64,000 nucleotides of DNA from Nemertoderma westbladi. Its lineage: Eukaryota; Animalia; Xenacoelomorpha. The notes beneath the pieces were generated by a model. The model saw only the letters and a program-made list of their open reading frames with translations. It had not been told where the DNA came from and ran no database searches. The position numbers and the translations under genes are program-made. The stretch is taken from NCBI GenBank assembly GCA_032718475.1, contig JAUCBJ010009151.1:1-64000 (forward strand), read 5' to 3'. Shown here in pieces: positions 49,601 through 63,482 of the stretch. Within the stretch, counting starts at the first letter, position 1; each line of letters starts with the position of its first letter.

Positions 49601-52600
49601 ACCGGTAATCGCTGTGCTTATGTAGCCACTGTTAAACTGACCAGTCATCACTGCACTCGTGTAGCCACTGTTACACCGACCAGTAATCACTGCACTCGTG
49701 TAGCGACTGTTATACCAACTGGTAATTGGTGCACTCATTTAGCCACTGTTATACCAACCAGTAATCGCTGCACTCGTGTAGCTACTGTTATACCGACTGG
49801 TAATCGCTGCACTCGTGTTGCCACGGTTACACCAACTGGTAATCGCTGCACTTGTGTTGCCACTGTTATACCAAGCGGTAATCACTGCACTCATGTAGCC
49901 ACTGTTACACCAACTGGTAATCGCTGCACTCATGTAGCCACTGTTATACCGACTAGTAATCGCTACACTCGTGTAGCCACTGTTACACCAACTGGTAATC
50001 GCTGCACTCGTTTAGCCACTGTTATACCGATCAGTAATCGCTGCACTCGTGTTGCCACTGTTACACCAACTGGTAATCGCTGCACTCGTGTTGCCGCTGT
50101 TATACCGACCAGTAATTGCTGCACTCATGTAGCCACTGTTATACCAACTGTTAATTGCTGCACTCGTGTAGCCACTGTTATACCAAACCGGTAATCGCTG
50201 CACTAGTGTAGCCACTGTTATACTGACCAGTAATCGCTGCACTCGTTTAGCCACTGTTAAACCAACCGGTAATCGCTGCACTCATGTAGCCACTGTTATA
50301 CCGACCAGTATTCACTGTACTCGTATAGCCACTGTTATACCACCCGGTAATTGCTGCACTCATGTAGCCACTGTTATACCGAACGGAAATCGCTGCACTC
50401 ATGTAGCCACTGTTATACCAACCGGTAATCACTGCACTCGTGTTGCCACTGTTACACCAACTGGTAATCGCTGCACTCATTTAGCCACTGTTATACCGAC
50501 CGTAAATTGCTGCACTCATGTAGCCACTGTTATACCAACTGGTAATCGGTGCACTCGTTTAGCCACTGTTATACCAACCGGTAATCGCTGCACTCATGTA
50601 GCCACTGTTTTACCGACCGGTAAATGCTACACTCGTTTAGCCACTGTTATACCGACCGGATATCTGCACTCGTGTAGCGACTGTTATACCGACCAGTAAT
50701 CGCTGCACTCGTGTAGCCACTGTTATTCCGACTGGTAATCGCTGCACTTGTGTAGCCACTGTTATACTGACCAGTAATCACTGCACTCGTGTAGCCACTG
50801 TTATACCAACCGGTAATCGCTGCACTCGTGAAGCCACTGTTATACCGACTGGTAAATTCCTACACTCGTTTAGCCACTGTTATACCGACCGGAAATCGCT
50901 GCACTCATGTAGCCACTGTTATACCAACCAGTAATTGCTACACTCATTTAGCCACTGTTATACTGACCAGTAATCGCTGCACTCGTGTAGCCACTGTTAT
51001 ACTGACCAGTAATCACTGCACTCTTGTAGCCACTGTTACACAGACCAGTAATAGCTGCACTCGTTTAGCCACTGTTATACCAACAGGTAATCTCTGCATT
51101 CGTGTAGTCACTGTTATACTGATCAGTAATCACTGCACTCGTGTAGCCATTGTTATACCGAGCAGTAATTGCTGCACTCGTCCAGCCACTGTTATACCGA
51201 CTGGTAATCGCTGCACTCATGTAGCCACTGTTATACCGACCAGTAATCGATGCACTCGTGTAGCCAGTGTTACACCAACTAGTAATCGCTGCACTCATGT
51301 AGCCACTGTTATACTAACCGGTAATCGCTGCACTCGTGTAGCCACTGTTATACCGACCGGTAATTGCTACACTCGTTTAGCCACTGTTATACTGACCAGT
51401 AATTGCTGCACTCATGTAGCCACTGTTACACCAACTGGTAATCGCTGCACTCATGTTGCCACTGTTATACCAACCGGTAATCGCTGCGCTTGTGTTGCCA
51501 ATGTTACACCAACTGGTAATCGGTGCACTCGTTTAGCCACTGTTATACCGACCGGAAATCGCTGCACTCGTTTAGCCACTGTTACACCGACCAGTAATCG
51601 CTGCACTCATGTAATCACTGTTATACCAACTGGTAATTGGTGCACTCATTTAGCCACTGTTATACCAACCTGTAATCGATGCACTCGTGTAGCCACTGTT
51701 ATACCGACCGGTATTTGCTACACTCGTTTAGCCATTGTTATACCAACCAGTAATCGCTGCACTCGTGTAGCCACTGTTATACCGACTGGTAAAAGCTGCA
51801 CTCGTGTTGCCACTGTTACACCAACTGGTAATCGCTGTACTCGTGTAGCCACTGTTATACTGACCAGTAATCACTGCACTCGTGTAGCCATACTGTTATA
51901 CCAACCGGTAATCGCTGCACTCGTGAAGCTACTGTTATACCGACTGGTAAATGCTACACTCATGTTGTCACTGTTATACTGACCAGTAATTGCTGCACTC
52001 GTGTAGCCACTGTTACACCGACCAGTTATCGCTGCACTCGTGTAGCCACTGTTATACCAACTGGTAATTGGTGCACTCATTTAGCCACTGTTATACCAAC
52101 CTGTAATAGCTGCACTCGTGTAGCCACTGTTATACCGACCAGTATTTGCTACACTCGTTTAGCCACTGTTATACCAACCAGTAATCGCTGCAACTCGTGT
52201 ATCCACTGTTATACCGACTGGTAATCGCTGCACTCGTGTTGCCACTGTTACACCAACTGGTAATCGCTGCACTCGTGTAGCCACTGTTATACCGACCACT
52301 AATTGCTGCACTCGTGTAGCCACTGTTATACCAACCGGTAATCGCTGCACTCATGTTGCCACTGTTAAACCAACTGGTAATCACTGCACTCGTGTAGCCA
52401 CTGTTACACCAACTGGTAATTGCTGCACTCGTGCAGCCACTGTCATACCGACTGGTAATCGCTGCACTCGTGTAGCCACAGTTATACCAACCAGTAATCG
52501 CTGCACTTGTGTTGCCACTGTTATACCAACCGGTAATCACTGCACTCATGTTGCCACTGTTACACCAACTGGCAATCGCTGCACTCATGTAGCCACTGTT

Positions 52601-55600
52601 ATACCGACTAGTAATCGCTACACTTGTGTAGCCACTGTTACACCAACTGGTAATCGCTGCTCTCATTTAGCCACTGTTATACCGACCGGTAATCGCTGCA
52701 ATCGTGTTGCCACTGTTACACCAACTGGTAATCGCTGCACTCGTGTTGCCGCTGTTATACCAACCAGTAATTGCCGCACTCATGTAGCCACTGTTATACC
52801 AACCGGTAATCGCTGCACTCGTGTAGCCACTGTTATACCAAACCGGTAATCGCTGCACTAGTGTAGCCACTGTTATACTGACCAGTAATCACTGCACTCG
52901 TTTAGCCACTGTTATACCGACCAGTAATCACTGTACTCGTATAGCCACTGTTATACCAACCGGTAATTGCTGCACTCATGTAGCCACTGTTATACCGAAC
53001 GGAAATAACTGCACTCATGTAGCCACTGTTATACCAACCAGTAATCACTGCACTTGTGTTGCCACTGTTACACCAACTGGTAATCGCTGCACTCGTGTTG
53101 CCGCTGTTATACCGACTAGTAATTGCTGCACTCATGTAGCCACTGTTATACCAACCGGTAATCGCTGCACTCGTGAAGCCACTGTTATACCAAACCGGTA
53201 ATCGCTGCACTAGTGTAGCCACTGTTATACCGACCAGTAATCGCTGCACTCATTTAGCCACTGTTAAACCAACCGGTAATCGCTGCACTCGTGTAGCCAC
53301 TGTTATACTGACCAGTAATCACTGTACTCGTGTAGCCACTGTTATACCAACCAGTAATTGCTGCACTCATGTAGCCACTGTTATACCGAACGGAAATCGC
53401 TGCACTCGTGTAGCCACTGTTATACCAACTTGTAATCACTGCACTCATGTTGCCACTTTTACACCAACTGGTAATCGCTGCACTCATCTAGCCACTGTTA
53501 TACCAACCGTAAATTGCTGCACTCGTGTAGCCACTGTTATACCAACTGGTAATCGGTGCACTCGTTTAGCCACTGTTATACCAACCGGTAATCGCTGCAC
53601 TCGTGTAGCCACTGTTTTACCGACCGGTAAATGCTACACTCATTTAGCCACTGTTATACCGACCGGATATCTGCACTCGTGTAGCCACTGTTATACCGAC
53701 CAGTAATCGCTGCACTCGTGTAGCCACTGTTATTCCGACTGGTAATCGCTGCACTTGTGTATAGCCACTGTTATACTGACCAGTAATCACTGCACTCGTG
53801 TAGCCACTGTTATACCAACCGGTAATCACTGCACTCATGAAGCCACTGTTATACCGACTGGTAAATGCTACACTCGTTTAGCCACTGTTATACTGACCAG
53901 TAATCACTGTACTCGTGTAGCCACTGTTATACCAACCATTAATTGCTGCACTCATGTAGCCACTGTTATACCGAACGGAAATCGATGCACTCGTGTAGCC
54001 ATTGTTATACTGACCAGTAATCACTGCACTCTTGTAGCCACTGTTACACAGACCAGTAATAGCTGCACTCGTTTAGCCACTGTTATACCAACTGGTAATC
54101 TGTGCATTCGTGTAGTCACTGTTATACTGATCAGTAATCACTGCACTCGTGTAGCCATTGTTATACCGAGCAGTAATCGCTGCACTCGTCCAGCCACTGT
54201 TATACCGAATGGTAATCACTACACTCGTGTAGCCACTGTTACACCAACTGGTAATTGCTGCACTCGTGCAGCCACTGTCATACCGACTGGTAATCGCTGC
54301 ACTCGTGTAGCCACAGTTATACCAACCAGTAATCGCTGCACTTGTGTTGCCACTGTTACACCAACTGGTAATCGCTGCACTCATGTAGCCACTGTTATAC
54401 CGACTAGTAATCGCAACACTTGTGTAGCCACTGTTACACCAACTGGTAATCGCTGCACTCATTTAGCCACTGTTATACCGACCGGTAATCGCTGCACTCG
54501 TGTTGCCACTGTTACACCAACTGGTAATCGCTGCACTCGTGTTGCCGCTGTTATACCGACCAGTAATTGCTGCACTCATGTAGCCACTGTTATACCAACC
54601 GGTAATCGCTGCACTCGTGTAGCCACTGTTATACCAAACCGGTAATCGCTGCACTAGTGTAGCCACTGTTATACTGACCAGTAATCACTGCACTCGTTTA
54701 GCCACTGTTAAACCAACCGGTAATCGCTGCACTCGTGTAGCCACTGTTATACTGACCAGTAATCACTGTACTCGTGTAGCCACTGTTATACCAACCAGTA
54801 ATTGCTGCACTCATGTAGCCACTGTTATACCGAACGGAAATCGCTGCACTCGTGTAGCCACTGTTATACCAACTTGTAATCACTGCACTCATGTTGCCAC
54901 TTTTACACCAACTGGTAATCGCTGCACTCATTCAGCCACTGTTATACCAACCGTAAATTGCTGCACTCGTGTAGCCACTGTTATACCAACTGGTAATCGG
55001 TGCACTCGTTTAGCCACTGTTATACCAACCGGTAATCGCTGCACTCGTGTAGCCACTGTTTTACCGACCGGTAAATGCTACACTCATTTAGCCACTGTTA
55101 TACCGACCGGATATCTGCACTCGTGTAGCCACTGTTATACCGACCAGTAATCGCTGCACTCGTGTAGCCACTGTTATTCCGACTGGTAATCGCTGCACTT
55201 GTGTATAGCCACTGTTATACTGACCAGTAATCACTGCACTCGTGTAGCCACTGTTATACCAACCGGTAATCGCTGCACTCGTGAAGCCACTGTTATACCG
55301 ACTGGTAAATGCTACACTCGTTTAGCCACTGTTATACTGACCAGTAATCACTGTACTCGTGTAGCCACTGTTATACCAACCATTAATTGCTGCACTCATG
55401 TAGCCACTGTTATACCGAACGGAAATCGCTGCACTCGTGTAGCCATTGTTATACTGACCAGTAATCACTGCACTCTTGTAGCCACTGTTACACAGACCAG
55501 TAATAGCTGCACTCGTTTAGCCACTGTTATACCAACTAGTAATCTGTGCATTCGTGTAGTCACTGTTATACTGATCAGTAATCACTGCACTCGTGTAGCC

Positions 55601-58361
55601 ATTGTTATACCGAGCAGTAATCGCTTCACTCGTCCACCCACTGTTATACCGACTGGTAATCACTGCACTCGTGTAGCCACTGTTACACCAACTGGTAATT
55701 GCTGCACTCGTACAGCCACTGTCATACCGACTGGTAATCGCTGCACTCGTGTAGCCACAGTTATACCAACCAGTAATTGCTGCACTTGTGTTGCCACTTT
55801 TACACCAACTGGTAATCGCTGCACTCATGTAGCCACTGTTATACCGACTAGTAATCGCAACACTTGTGTAGCAACTGTTACACCAACTGGTAATCGCTGC
55901 ACTCGTTTAGCCACTGTTATACCGACCGGTAATCGCTGCACTCGTGTTGCCACTGTTATACCAACCGGTAATCACTGCACTCATGTTGCCACTGTTACAC
56001 CAACTGGCAATCGCTGCACTCATGTAGCCACTGTTATACCGACTAGTAATCGCTACACTTGTGTAGCCACTGTTACACCAACTGGTAATCGCTGCTCTCA
56101 TTTAGCCACTGTTATACCGACCGGTAATCGCTGCAATCGTGTTGCCACTGTTACACCAACTGGTAATCGCTGCACTTGTGTTGCCGCTGTTATACCAACT
56201 GGTAATCGCTGCACTCGTTTAGCCACTGTTATACCGACCGGTAATCGCTGCACTCGTGTTGCCACTGTTACACCAACTGGTAATCGCTGCACTCGTGTTG
56301 CCGCTGTTATACCGACCAGTAATTGCTGCACTCATGTAGCCACTGTTATACCAACCGGTAATCGCTGCACTCGTGTAGCCACTGTTATACCAAACCGGTA
56401 ATCGCTGCACTAGTGTAGCCACTGTTATACTGACCAGTAATCACTGCACTCGTTTAGCCACTGTTAAACCAACCGGTAATCGCTGCACTCGTGTAGCCAC
56501 TGTTATACCGACCAGTAATCACTGTACTCGTATAGCCACTGTTATACCAACCGGTAATTGCTGCACTCATGTAGCCACTGTTATACCGAACGGAAATCAC
56601 TGCACTCATGTAGCCACTGTTATACCAACCAGTAATCACTGCACTTGTGTTTCACTGTTACACCAACTGGTAATCGTTGCACTCGTGTTGCCGCTGTTAT
56701 ACCGACTAGTAATTGCTGCACTCATGTAGCCACTGTTATACCAACCGGTAATCGCTGCACTCGTGAAGCCACTATTATACCAAACCGGTAATCGCTGCAC
56801 TAGTGTAGCCACTGTTATACCGACCAGTAATCGCTGCACTCGTTTAGCCACTGTTAAACCAACCGGTAATCGCTGCACTCGTGTAGCCACTGTTATACTG
56901 ACCAGTAATCACTGTACTCGTGTAGTCACTGTTATACCAACCAGTAATTGCTGCACTCATGTAGCCACTGTTATACCGAACGGAAATCGCTGCACTCGTG
57001 TAGCCACTGTTATACCAACTTGTAATCACTGCACTCATGTTGCCACTGTTACACCAACTGGTAATCGCTGCACTCATTTAGCCACTGTTATACCAACCGT
57101 AAATTGCTGCACTCGTTTAGCCACTGTTATACCAACCGGTAATCGCTGCACTCGTGTAGCCACTGTTTTACCGACCGGTAAATGCTACACTCATTTAGTC
57201 ACTGTTATACCGACCAGATATCTACACTCGTGTAGCCACTGTTATACCGACCAGTAATTGCTGCACTCGTTTAGCCACTGTTATTCCGACTGGTAGTCGC
57301 TGCACTTGTGTAGCCACTGTTATACTGACCAGTAATCACTGCACTCGTGTAGCCACTGTTATACCAACCGGTAATCGCTGCACTTGTGAAGCCATTGTTA
57401 TACCGACTGGTAAATGCTACACTCGTTTAGCCACTGTTATACCGACTGGAAATCGCTGCACTCATGTAGCCACTGTTATACCAACCAGTAATTTCTACAC
57501 TCATTTAGCCACTGTTATACTGACCAGTAATCGCTGCACTCGTGTAGCCATTGTTATACTGACCAGTAATCACTGCACTCTTGTAGCCACTGTTACACAG
57601 ACCAGTAATAGCTGCACTCGTTTAGCCACTGTTATACCAACTGGTAATCTGTGCATTCGTGTAGTCACTGTTATACTGATCAGTAATCACTGCACTCGTG
57701 TAGCCATTGTTATACCGAGCAGTAATCGCTGCACTCGTCCAGCCACTGTTATACCGACTGGTAATCGCTGCACTCATGTAGCCACTGTTATACCGACCAG
57801 TAATTGCTGCACTTGTGTAGCCAGTGTTACACCAACTAGTAATCGCTGCACTCATGTAGCCATTGTTATACCAACTGGTAATCGCTGCACTCGTGTAGAC
57901 ACTGTTATACCGACCGGTAATTGCTACACTCATTTAGCCACTGTTATACCGACCAGAAATCACTGCACTCGTGTAGCCACTGTTATACCAACCATTAATC
58001 GCTGCACTCATGTAGCGACTGTTATACCAACCAGTAAATGCTATACTCGTTTAGCCACTGTTATACTGACCAGTAATTGCTGCACTCGTGTAGCCACTGT
58101 TACACCAACTGGTAATCGCTGCACTCATGTTGCCACTGTTATACCAACCGGTAATCGCTGCGCTTTTGTTGCCACTGTTACACCAACAGGTAATCGGTGC
58201 ACTCGTTTAGCCACGTTTATACCAACCGGTAATCGCTGCACTCATGTAGCCACTGTTATACGACCGGTAAATGCTACACTCGTTTAGCCACTGTTATACC
58301 AACCGGAAATCGCTGCACTCATGTAGCCACTGTTATACCAACCAGTAATCGCTGCACTCGT
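46670..58361. repeat. 39-bp satellite, main block (~300 units)
   Basis: Continuous head-to-tail units with occasional 38-, 40- and 41-bp variants. Confidence 0.98.
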
Positions 58362-58474
58362 TGTTATATCCTTATAGGCCATGCCGGATACTGTCTTGGG
58401 TGACGGGTTGGACTATGTATGTACAGCAGTACTGATATATCTACATAGCTATTGTATCTGTGATGCTGAAAATA

Positions 58475-58492
58475 ATCCTACACACTGCGCCA
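58475..58492 (-). promoter_or_regulatory. tRNA primer-binding site of element E (tRNA-Ser-like), now inverted
   Basis: Minus strand reads LTR end ...ACACATCA then TGGCGCAGTGTGTAGGAT. Confidence 0.75.
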
Positions 58493-58726
58493 TGATGTGT
58501 TCCCAACTATATATGTAATATAATATATGAGGTCATAATATATATAATGTATAATATAATATCAGTCATCAGTGGGTCCAGTGCTAGTATTGCTAGCCTG
58601 GTACAGATACAATAGCTATGTAGATATATCAGTACTGCTGTACATACATAGTCCAACCCGTCACCCAAGACAGTTGCTACACATACTTACCATCCGTCGA
58701 CTACCAGGGACGCGATCCGCATTACA

Positions 58727-61700
58727 GTGCGACCCCCTGATCCGCTAGATGATAGCATAGATTACAATGGGTTTAAAAGATGGGAAGCCGGCTGGGCTAA
58801 TTACCAACGAGTCGTTAAACTCGAAGAGAAACCCCGCCGAGACCATATATCTACATTCTGGACATTCTGCACTCCAGAATTCTTACAGCGAATCGATCGA
58901 ATAGTTGGAATTCCACAGGATACAAACCAATCTGTCAATGAGGTGTTAACCCAGATCCGACAGTACTTAAAGTCACAGCGTAATGTGGCGGTTGACAGGT
59001 ACCAACTAGTTCGTAGATGCCAGCAAGATAAGGAGCCCATCGATGATTTTTACTTAAAACTTTGCGAGTTAGCGGATGATGCAGAGCTGCGTACAATGAC
59101 AGCTGACGATTGGTTGGCAACACTAATCGTCTGCGGTCTCCGCAATGAGGAAGTCCGTCAGGAACTCCTTTCAAAGAAACCAGCACTCAACCTCATCGAT
59201 ACTCTCACTCTATGTCGTAATCGTGAGTTAGCAGAGCGTGATGAGGCCAAACTGCGATCGGCTTCAAAGGGCCAGGCAGTAAACGCGAATACCCGTGGTC
59301 GCACCCAATACAAAAACAAATATTATAATTATAAATCCGGGGGCGATAGGAGTAGAAATCGGAGCGCATCGAAATCCGGAAGTGGGAGACGATGCTACCG
59401 TTGTGGAGGAGAATGGCCACACAAGGAATCTAAACAATGCAAGGCTAAGGATTCAACTTGCAACGCATGCGGCAAAAAGGGACACTTACAGCCAGTTTGT
59501 CGGTCTAAAAATACAAATCCTCCCAATTCTCAAAATTCGGGACATAAAAACAATGCAGTACTAATTGCTACAGTTACAAATTACTCCGCAAAACCATATG
59601 TCGAGATTGAGTTTGATAGAGAAGCTGACAACATTTACCTCGGCACACACAAAGTTATCGCCGATACGGGAGCTGAAATGACAGTTTCCGGTATGGGTTT
59701 ACTACACAAACTACATATCAATGTTGACAGTTTAAGTACGAATACCAAAAATCTTATTGGAGTAAATGGTTCTAGTCTTGATACACTCGGTATTCTTCAA
59801 ATTAAACTCATGGAATGTATATCCGGCAACATATATTTTGAGAATATAGGTATCTGCAGGGATATACCACATAATGATGTTTATCTATGCCTTACAGCTG
59901 GCCGTCATCTAGGAATTGTGCATAGGGAATTTCCCATCCCAATTCCACAATCCCGTTCCATACGTCCAGTAAATGATGTTAACCAAGTTAAGGATGAAAT
60001 CAAACAATCATTACTTTCCGAATTCCATGACGTTTTCGACTCATCAGAGCAACTTAAAATGATGGACTGCCCACCAATGGTAATAGAACTTCGTGAAAAC
60101 GCTGTCCCATTTGCAATATATGCAGCTCGCTCCATTCCATTTCCTTTACGCGAGAAAACAAGAATAGAAATTGAGGATATGGTGAAAAAGAATATTATCG
60201 AACGAGTTGGAGACCGCGCAGTTCCCTGGTGCCACCCCATGGTAGTGGCCAAAAAACCAAACGGAGGTGTTCGAATCACTGCGGATTTAACGAAACTGAA
60301 CTCCCAAGTTAACCGCACCATACATAATGCTATCACACCTTTCGATGCCGTATCAAATATTACTCCTTCAGCTAAAATATTCTCATCCCTCGATGCCACC
60401 AAAGGATACTGGCAAGTTGAACTCGAGGAAAATTCGCGCGACTTCACTACATTCCTCACTCCATGGGGCCGCTTCCGGTATTGCCGCGCCCCAATGGGAT
60501 ACATTTCTACAGGAGATTCATACAATCTCAGGGGAGATTTGGCCTTGAAAGGCATCTCTAGAGTCACAAAGGTTGTAGACGACATACTAATTGAAGATGA
60601 CAACTTTGACAACAACATATTACGGGTTTGCGAAGTTCTAGAATGCTGTCGGAAACATTCAATAACCCTTAACCCAAATAAATTCAACTTTGCGGTAGAT
60701 AAATCATTATATGCTGGTTATATTGTATCTGGCAATGGTACCGAGGCCAATCCTAATATTGTTAAAGCAATAATCGACCTTCCCATACCACAGAATATTA
60801 CCGATTTATGTTCTTTCATGGGAATGGCCAACCAACTGGGACATTTCAGTTCAGATGTCAGCGCGACTGCAGGGCCATTACGAGATCTATTACGGACACG
60901 CAACAGCTTCACATGGCTTCCTGTCCACACTGAGGCGTTCAATAATACTAAAAGTGCCCTCACTAGACCGCCTGTATTGGCTCGCTTTGACCCGAACAAA
61001 GAAACCCGATTGGAAACCGACGCCACACGTTTACATGGATTTGGATTCAACTTGATGCAATATCAAGAAGGAAACTGGCGTTTAATCCTATGCGGCAGTC
61101 GATTTATGTCGGACCCGGAAAGCCGTTACGCCATCATCGAACTCGAGGCACTCGCTATCCGGTATGCAGTTAAGAAATGTCATTTATATTTATCAGGAAT
61201 TCCAGAATTTACAGTCATTACAGACCACCGACCATTGATTAACATATTTAATTCGTATTCGCTTAGCCAGGTTGATAATGCTAAACTGCAAAAAGTCAAA
61301 GCGGATTTACAATCAAATTACCAATTTATCGTTAAATGGCGTAGTGGTAAGCAGCATTGCATAGCAGACTGTTTAAGTCGGGCACCTGTGGACGATCCGG
61401 ACGAGGAAAATAATGAACCGGAAAGCTTCCAATACTCCACTGCTGTAAACTCCATTGCAATTGTCGTCTGTGCAGATGAAATTAATGATAAAATTATTGA
61501 CCCGGTTTTGGATGATATACGACTATCTGGCCAAAACGATAACGACTACCAGGCATTAATCACTGCCATCCAATCCTCTTTTACAAATAATTGTGATCGA
61601 CATCCCTTTGTACAGAAATTCAAATCGATTTGGGATTATTTATCTATCGACAAGGGCCTGGTATTATATGGAAATCGTATCGTTATACCTAAAGATAAAC

Positions 61701-62764
61701 GGAGAGAAGTCCTCCAGCACCTCCATGCGGCCCACCAGGGTATTGTTCGCACAAAGCAGAGAGCCCGTTGTGCGGTATATTGGCCAGGTATAACAAATGA
61801 AATAACGCAACTAGTTGAATGTTGTAACTTATGTCAGGAACGACAAACAAGTCAACCAAAGGAAGAAATTATATTCGACGCAGTACCTACTAGAATCTTC
61901 GAATCTGTTTCTACGGATTTATTTACTCTCGGAGGTTACCACTACTTAGTTTACTCGGATCGATTTTCTGGGTACCCTCTAGTCACCGAGTGGCGAAATG
62001 ACCCGGATTCCTCAAAGGTCATTTCTATTATTCGAAAATTCTTTGTTGATACTGGCGTACCCATCTACCTTCGTTCGGACGGGGGGCCACAGTTTGCGTC
62101 TTCCAAATTCCGAATATTCTTAAAGCGTTGGGGTGTAAACCACGTTACCAGTACACCTTATTACCCCCAAAGTAACGGACATGCGGAGTCGGCCGTTAAA
62201 TCTATTAAAACACTACTCTCAAAGATGCCGAATATTCATATCGATGCAGAAGAATTCCAGGAAGCATTATTGGAACTGAGGAACACACCCCGCAGTGATG
62301 GGAAGTCCCCAAACCAACTCATATTCGGAAATAACTTACGATCACGAGTACCTACCCACCACTCTTCATTCTCTCCCCAATGGCAATTGGATGCCGAAGA
62401 ATTGGATTCTAAACGAAATATTATTAGGGATAAAGTAGAAACATATTATAACCACGGGTCGAAAAACTTACCACCATTCAAAGTTGGAGACAAAGTCAGA
62501 GTACAGAATATGAAGTCCAAACGATGGGACATAGTTGGAGATATTATTGGCGTTGGTGCGCGACGCGATTACATGGTTAAATTACCATCCGGTTGAACCT
62601 ATTGGCGAAATCGCAGGTTTATACGGCCATATAAGGAACCGGAAAATTACTCTCAGTCTCGAAGTGAATCTATGGTAGACTCACAATCCCCCGAACCGGA
62701 AGTTACACCATTGCGACGCAGTCAACGTAACGCTCCTAAACATGTTACTTTTAATTTGGATTAA
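58727..62764 (+). CDS. gag-pol: Gypsy Gag-Pol polyprotein; start codon lost at the inversion, late in-frame TGA at 62594-62596
   Basis: CYRCGGEWPH..C and CNACGKKGHLQPVC, IADTGAE (PR), LDATKGYWQ/VVDD (RT), LETDAT/TDHRPL (RH), HAAHQG..CNLC, RSDGGPQF, GHAESAV (IN); the frame continues as YWRNRRF after the TGA. Confidence 0.93.
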
Positions 62765-62818
62765 AAAACTAACTCTGATGTTTGAACTTTGAAAAAAAAA
62801 AAAAAAAAAAAAAAAAGT

Positions 62819-63028
62819 TGTTATATCCTTATAGGCCATGCCGGATACTGTCTTGGGTGACGGGTTGGACTATGTATGTACAGCAGTACTGATATATCTA
62901 CATAGCTATTGTATCTGTACCAGGCTAGCAATACTAGCACTGGACCCAATGATGACTGATATTATATTATACATTATATATATTATGACCTCATATATTA
63001 TATTACATATATGGTTGGGAACACATCA
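62819..63028 (+). repeat. 3' LTR of element E (210 bp)
   Basis: TG...CA termini; preceded by a G-A25-G purine tract. Confidence 0.93.
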
Positions 63029-63482
63029 CTCGTGTAGCCACTGTTATACCAACTGGTAATCGCTGCACTTATGAAGCCACTGTTATACTGACCAGTAATC
63101 ACTGCACTCGAGTAGCCACTGTTACACCGACCAGTAATCGCTGCACTCGTGTAGCCACTGTTATACCAACTGGTAATTGGTGCACTCATTTAGCCACTGT
63201 TATACCAACCTGTAATCGATGCACTCGTGTAGCCACTATTATACCGACCGGTATTTGCTACACTCATTTAGCCATTGTTATACCAACCAGTAATCGCTGC
63301 ACTCGTTTAGCCACTGTTATACCGACTGGTAAAAGCTACACTCGTGTTGCCACTGTTACACCAACTGGTAATCGCTGCACTCGTGTAGCCACTGTTATAC
63401 CGACAAATAATTGCTGCACTCATGTAGCCACTGTTATACCAACCGTTAATCGCTGCACTCATGTAGCCACTGTTATACCAAC
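63029..63482. repeat. 39-bp satellite, right block
   Basis: Resumes in register after the TSD. Confidence 0.95.

Larger units (their letters stand above)
58362..63028 (+). mobile_element. Ty3/Gypsy (Mag-like) LTR retrotransposon E, inserted in the satellite; 5' LTR rearranged
   Basis: TSD CTCGT at 58357-58361 and 63029-63033; 210-bp LTR TGTTATATCC...ACACATCA; single gag-pol ORF. Confidence 0.95.

Noticed and set aside
46817-57933. Dozens of satellite ORFs as real genes
   Set aside because: They arise from a 13-codon unit open in three frames, are broken by indel units and have no unique N- or C-termini.
32352-63482. 39-bp repeat as a CRISPR array
   Set aside because: Units are head to tail with no unique spacers, there are no cas genes, and the context is eukaryotic TEs.
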